Below are positions 61,695 through 64,000 of a DNA stretch of 64,000 nucleotides, one piece after another. The DNA comes from an uncultured Alphaproteobacteria bacterium (lineage in GTDB: Bacteria; Pseudomonadota; Alphaproteobacteria; RF32; CAG-239): contig CALXTF010000001.1 of assembly GCA_944391335.1 (NCBI GenBank), positions 42,199 through 106,198 on the forward strand, written 5' to 3'. The position numbers and the translations under genes were made by a program. Below the pieces are notes generated by a model that ran no database searches, was not told the origin of the DNA, and saw nothing but the letters and a program-made list of their open reading frames with translations. Positions within the stretch are counted from its first letter, which is position 1. Every line of letters begins with the position of its first letter.

Positions 61695-63080
61695 TTATTC
61701 TTCAATAAGCTCATATCGACCGGCCATTGCTTTATAGATATAATTTTCATATTTAATAATTTGATATTTTTGTTTAACCAAATCCTTTTTTAAACTGTTT
61801 TCAGTATAAATTGCTTCTAGAAAATCCTTAAATTCAATTTTTCCTAAATTATATCGGTTGCGGTAGTAATTTGTAATTTCTATCGCATTAAGATAATTTT
61901 TGTTAATATTGTTATAAATTTCTTGTGATTTTAAATAGGCGTAATTGTAATAAGAAATTTCATTTAAAGCTTGATTAAGAGTGTTTTTGAAATCAAGAAG
62001 ACTGATTTGATAATCGGCTTGAGATATCTTAATGTTATTTTTTACACGATTCCAGTCTAAAAAAGGAAGATTAAGAGAAACACTACCAACAATATAAGAA
62101 AAATCAAAAGTGGTTCGCGCTTTATCAGAAGAAGAACTTAAAGCTCCGTTAATGGAAATTTCCGGATACCAGTTTTTATTTTCCGCTTTTAATTTTTCAA
62201 AAGCCCCTTGAAGACGATATTCCGCCGCTTTTAAATCGGGACGCTGCGCTAATACCGAAACAGGAATATTAAGATTAGGTTGAGTTGTTTTTTGAGCAAG
62301 AATATCACCAAAAGCAATTTCATCAACACCGCTTTTTACATTTAATATATTTTGTAAACTAGCCGTCATTTCTTTAAAATTCGTTTGCAGATTAAGAAGT
62401 TGATTTTGTTCTGTGAGCAAACTTTGTTTTGCTTGTAAGTATTCAACATTATCCGTTTTTCCGCTTTGATATTTTTGTTCGGCTATTTTTTGAATATCTT
62501 CATATGTTTTGATATTTTCTTTTGTAAGTTCAATGGAATTTTGCAAATATTCAAGATTAAAATAAAGATCAACAACACTATTAATTAAAGTTAGTTTAGC
62601 CGCTTCTTTATCCATTGAAGTTGCTAAATATTTCATTTCTTGAGCTGTCCATAAATTACGAATTTTACCATATATGTCTACTTCATAATTTAAACCTAAA
62701 TCACCTGAAAAATTACTGTTAAATTGATCTTTTGTATAAACGTTTCTTTGTGAAGCGGCATTTAAGGTTCCATAAACAGTAGGAAAGAGATCCGATGTGG
62801 CTAAATTAAGGTTATATAATTCTTTGCTCATATTTAACGCGGCGCGTAAATAATCAGGATTATTGATTAAAGCCGTGTTAATTAAATTATTTAATTCATC
62901 ATCATGGTATTTAAGCCACCATTGTTTATCAACTTTATAAATAAAAGTATTTTGTTCTTTTTCTCCTAATTCATCTGATAATTTTAAAGGTTTTTGAAAA
63001 TTGCCTGTGCAACTTGTCATGAAAAAAAGAAGAAGAATTAAAAAATATTTTATAAAAGCATATTTTGCCATGTTATTCAC
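61695..63080 (-). CDS. Outer-membrane efflux lipoprotein (TolC/NodT family)
   Basis: Lipobox 'MTSCTG' and two coiled-coil/beta-barrel repeats typical of OMF proteins. 461 aa. Confidence 0.75.
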   Translation of the reverse strand: MNNMAKYAFIKYFLILLLFFMTSCTGNFQKPLKLSDELGEKEQNTFIYKVDKQWWLKYHDDELNNLINTALINNPDYLRAALNMSKELYNLNLATSDLFPTVYGTLNAASQRNVYTKDQFNSNFSGDLGLNYEVDIYGKIRNLWTAQEMKYLATSMDKEAAKLTLINSVVDLYFNLEYLQNSIELTKENIKTYEDIQKIAEQKYQSGKTDNVEYLQAKQSLLTEQNQLLNLQTNFKEMTASLQNILNVKSGVDEIAFGDILAQKTTQPNLNIPVSVLAQRPDLKAAEYRLQGAFEKLKAENKNWYPEISINGALSSSSDKARTTFDFSYIVGSVSLNLPFLDWNRVKNNIKISQADYQISLLDFKNTLNQALNEISYYNYAYLKSQEIYNNINKNYLNAIEITNYYRNRYNLGKIEFKDFLEAIYTENSLKKDLVKQKYQIIKYENYIYKAMAGRYELIEE

Positions 63081-64000
63081 TCGCTAAAGCATCGATAGGG
63101 TTGAGGTTTGAAGCATTTTTAGCCGGCATATAACCGAAAATAATCCCAATAGCCGTTGAACAGATTAAAGCTAATATGATTGAGGCGGTAGAAAAAATCA
63201 TTCCAAAATCTTCTGTAAAAGTGTTAAAAATAAAACCGATTAACATGGATAAACCTACCCCCATAAAACCTCCAACTAAACAAATAAGAATAGCTTCAAT
63301 CAGAAATTGTTGCAAAATGTCGGCTTGTTTGGCGCCAATAGCCATACGAATTCCAATTTCTCTTGTTCGTTCGGTGACAGATACCAACATGATATTCATC
63401 ACGCCGATACCGCCGACAATTAAAGAAATAACGGCAATACTGGCAATTAAAAGTTTCATGGTGTTGGTTGCACTTTCAACTGTTTGTTTAATACTGTCCG
63501 TATTAATCATAAAGAAATCTTTTTTACCATGTAAAGTGGTTAAAATATGATCAATACTTTCTTCGGCAACTTGTGAATTAACTTTATCAGATACTTTAAC
63601 CGTAATTGAATTAATATCGTTATTACCGGTAATACGATACATGGCTGTTGTATAAGGTATCCAAATATTCATGGATTCGGAAGACGGTCCAGGACTGTTG
63701 TCTTTATCTGCAACACCGATGATGGTTAACGGTTTTTTATTAAAAATAATAACTTCGCCTATGGGATTGGGATTATTGGCAAAAATTTCATTTTTGGTAT
63801 TATCATCAATAACAACAACAGAAGCCATATCTTGAACTTCTTTTTCACGAAAGGAGCGACCTTGGACTATCTTTCGTCCTTTGACTTCAAAATAAGAAGC
63901 ACCAACGCCTTTTAATTGCGCTGTTAAAGAATAATTTTTATAAACTAAAGTTCCGCTTACGGAAATATTTGGGGTGGCGTTATCAATAAAACCTTGTTTA
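63073..64000 (-). CDS. MacB/LolC-type ABC transporter permease (FtsX domain), 5' end outside window
   Basis: C-terminal FtsX transmembrane bundle 'LLIASIAVISLIVGGIGVMNIMLVSVTERTREIGI'. The frame stays open upstream to the window edge ('...GRSFREKEVQDMASVVVIDD'). Confidence 0.8.
   Translation of the reverse strand, partial: KQGFIDNATPNISVSGTLVYKNYSLTAQLKGVGASYFEVKGRKIVQGRSFREKEVQDMASVVVIDDNTKNEIFANNPNPIGEVIIFNKKPLTIIGVADKDNSPGPSSESMNIWIPYTTAMYRITGNNDINSITVKVSDKVNSQVAEESIDHILTTLHGKKDFFMINTDSIKQTVESATNTMKLLIASIAVISLIVGGIGVMNIMLVSVTERTREIGIRMAIGAKQADILQQFLIEAILICLVGGFMGVGLSMLIGFIFNTFTEDFGMIFSTASIILALICSTAIGIIFGYMPAKNASNLNPIDALASE

Noticed and set aside
63073-64000. Apparent truncation or frameshift of the MacB-like permease gene (the ORF track starts at an internal Met, 63828).
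   Set aside because: Re-translating 63829-64000 in the same frame gives continuous MacB periplasmic-domain sequence ('...GRSFREKEVQD-MASVVV...') with no stop. The gene simply runs off the window edge.

Overview
AT-rich (~32% GC) bacterial chromosome segment with alphaproteobacterial origin-region synteny: parB-parA-rsmG-[two inserted genes]-mnmG-mnmE-rho on the minus strand, then a 490-bp AT-rich gap (putative oriC), then coaE-dnaQ. This looks like a reduced-genome, probably host-associated anaerobe. Recognisable core genes include ffs-dnaX-ybaB-recR, cvpA, radA, mlaFE, a short HprK, tsaE, tsaD, nth, fabD-fabG, ftsK, grpE, groESL, gloB, nfu, murJ, rpmB, holA-lptE-leuS and rsmB. RNA genes are an SRP RNA, tRNA-Ser(CGA) and tRNA-Arg(CCG). 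Accessory content worth a second look: (1) a trimeric bifurcating-type [FeFe] hydrogenase cluster (hydC-hydB-hydA plus maturase hydF, a LysR regulator and an upstream starch-synthase-like gene); (2) PHP and HD phosphoesterase genes inserted and translationally coupled between mnmG and rsmG; (3) a lipoprotein gene with an internal duplication and an 832-aa tandem cysteine-module secreted protein lying between tRNA-Arg and holA; (4) a small-protein/DUF805 operon with a perfect DnaA box and ambiguous start and frameshift sites; (5) an A10 run in dnaX; (6) a frameshifted DUF486 gene. No CRISPR array, transposase, integrase or restriction-modification genes were seen.
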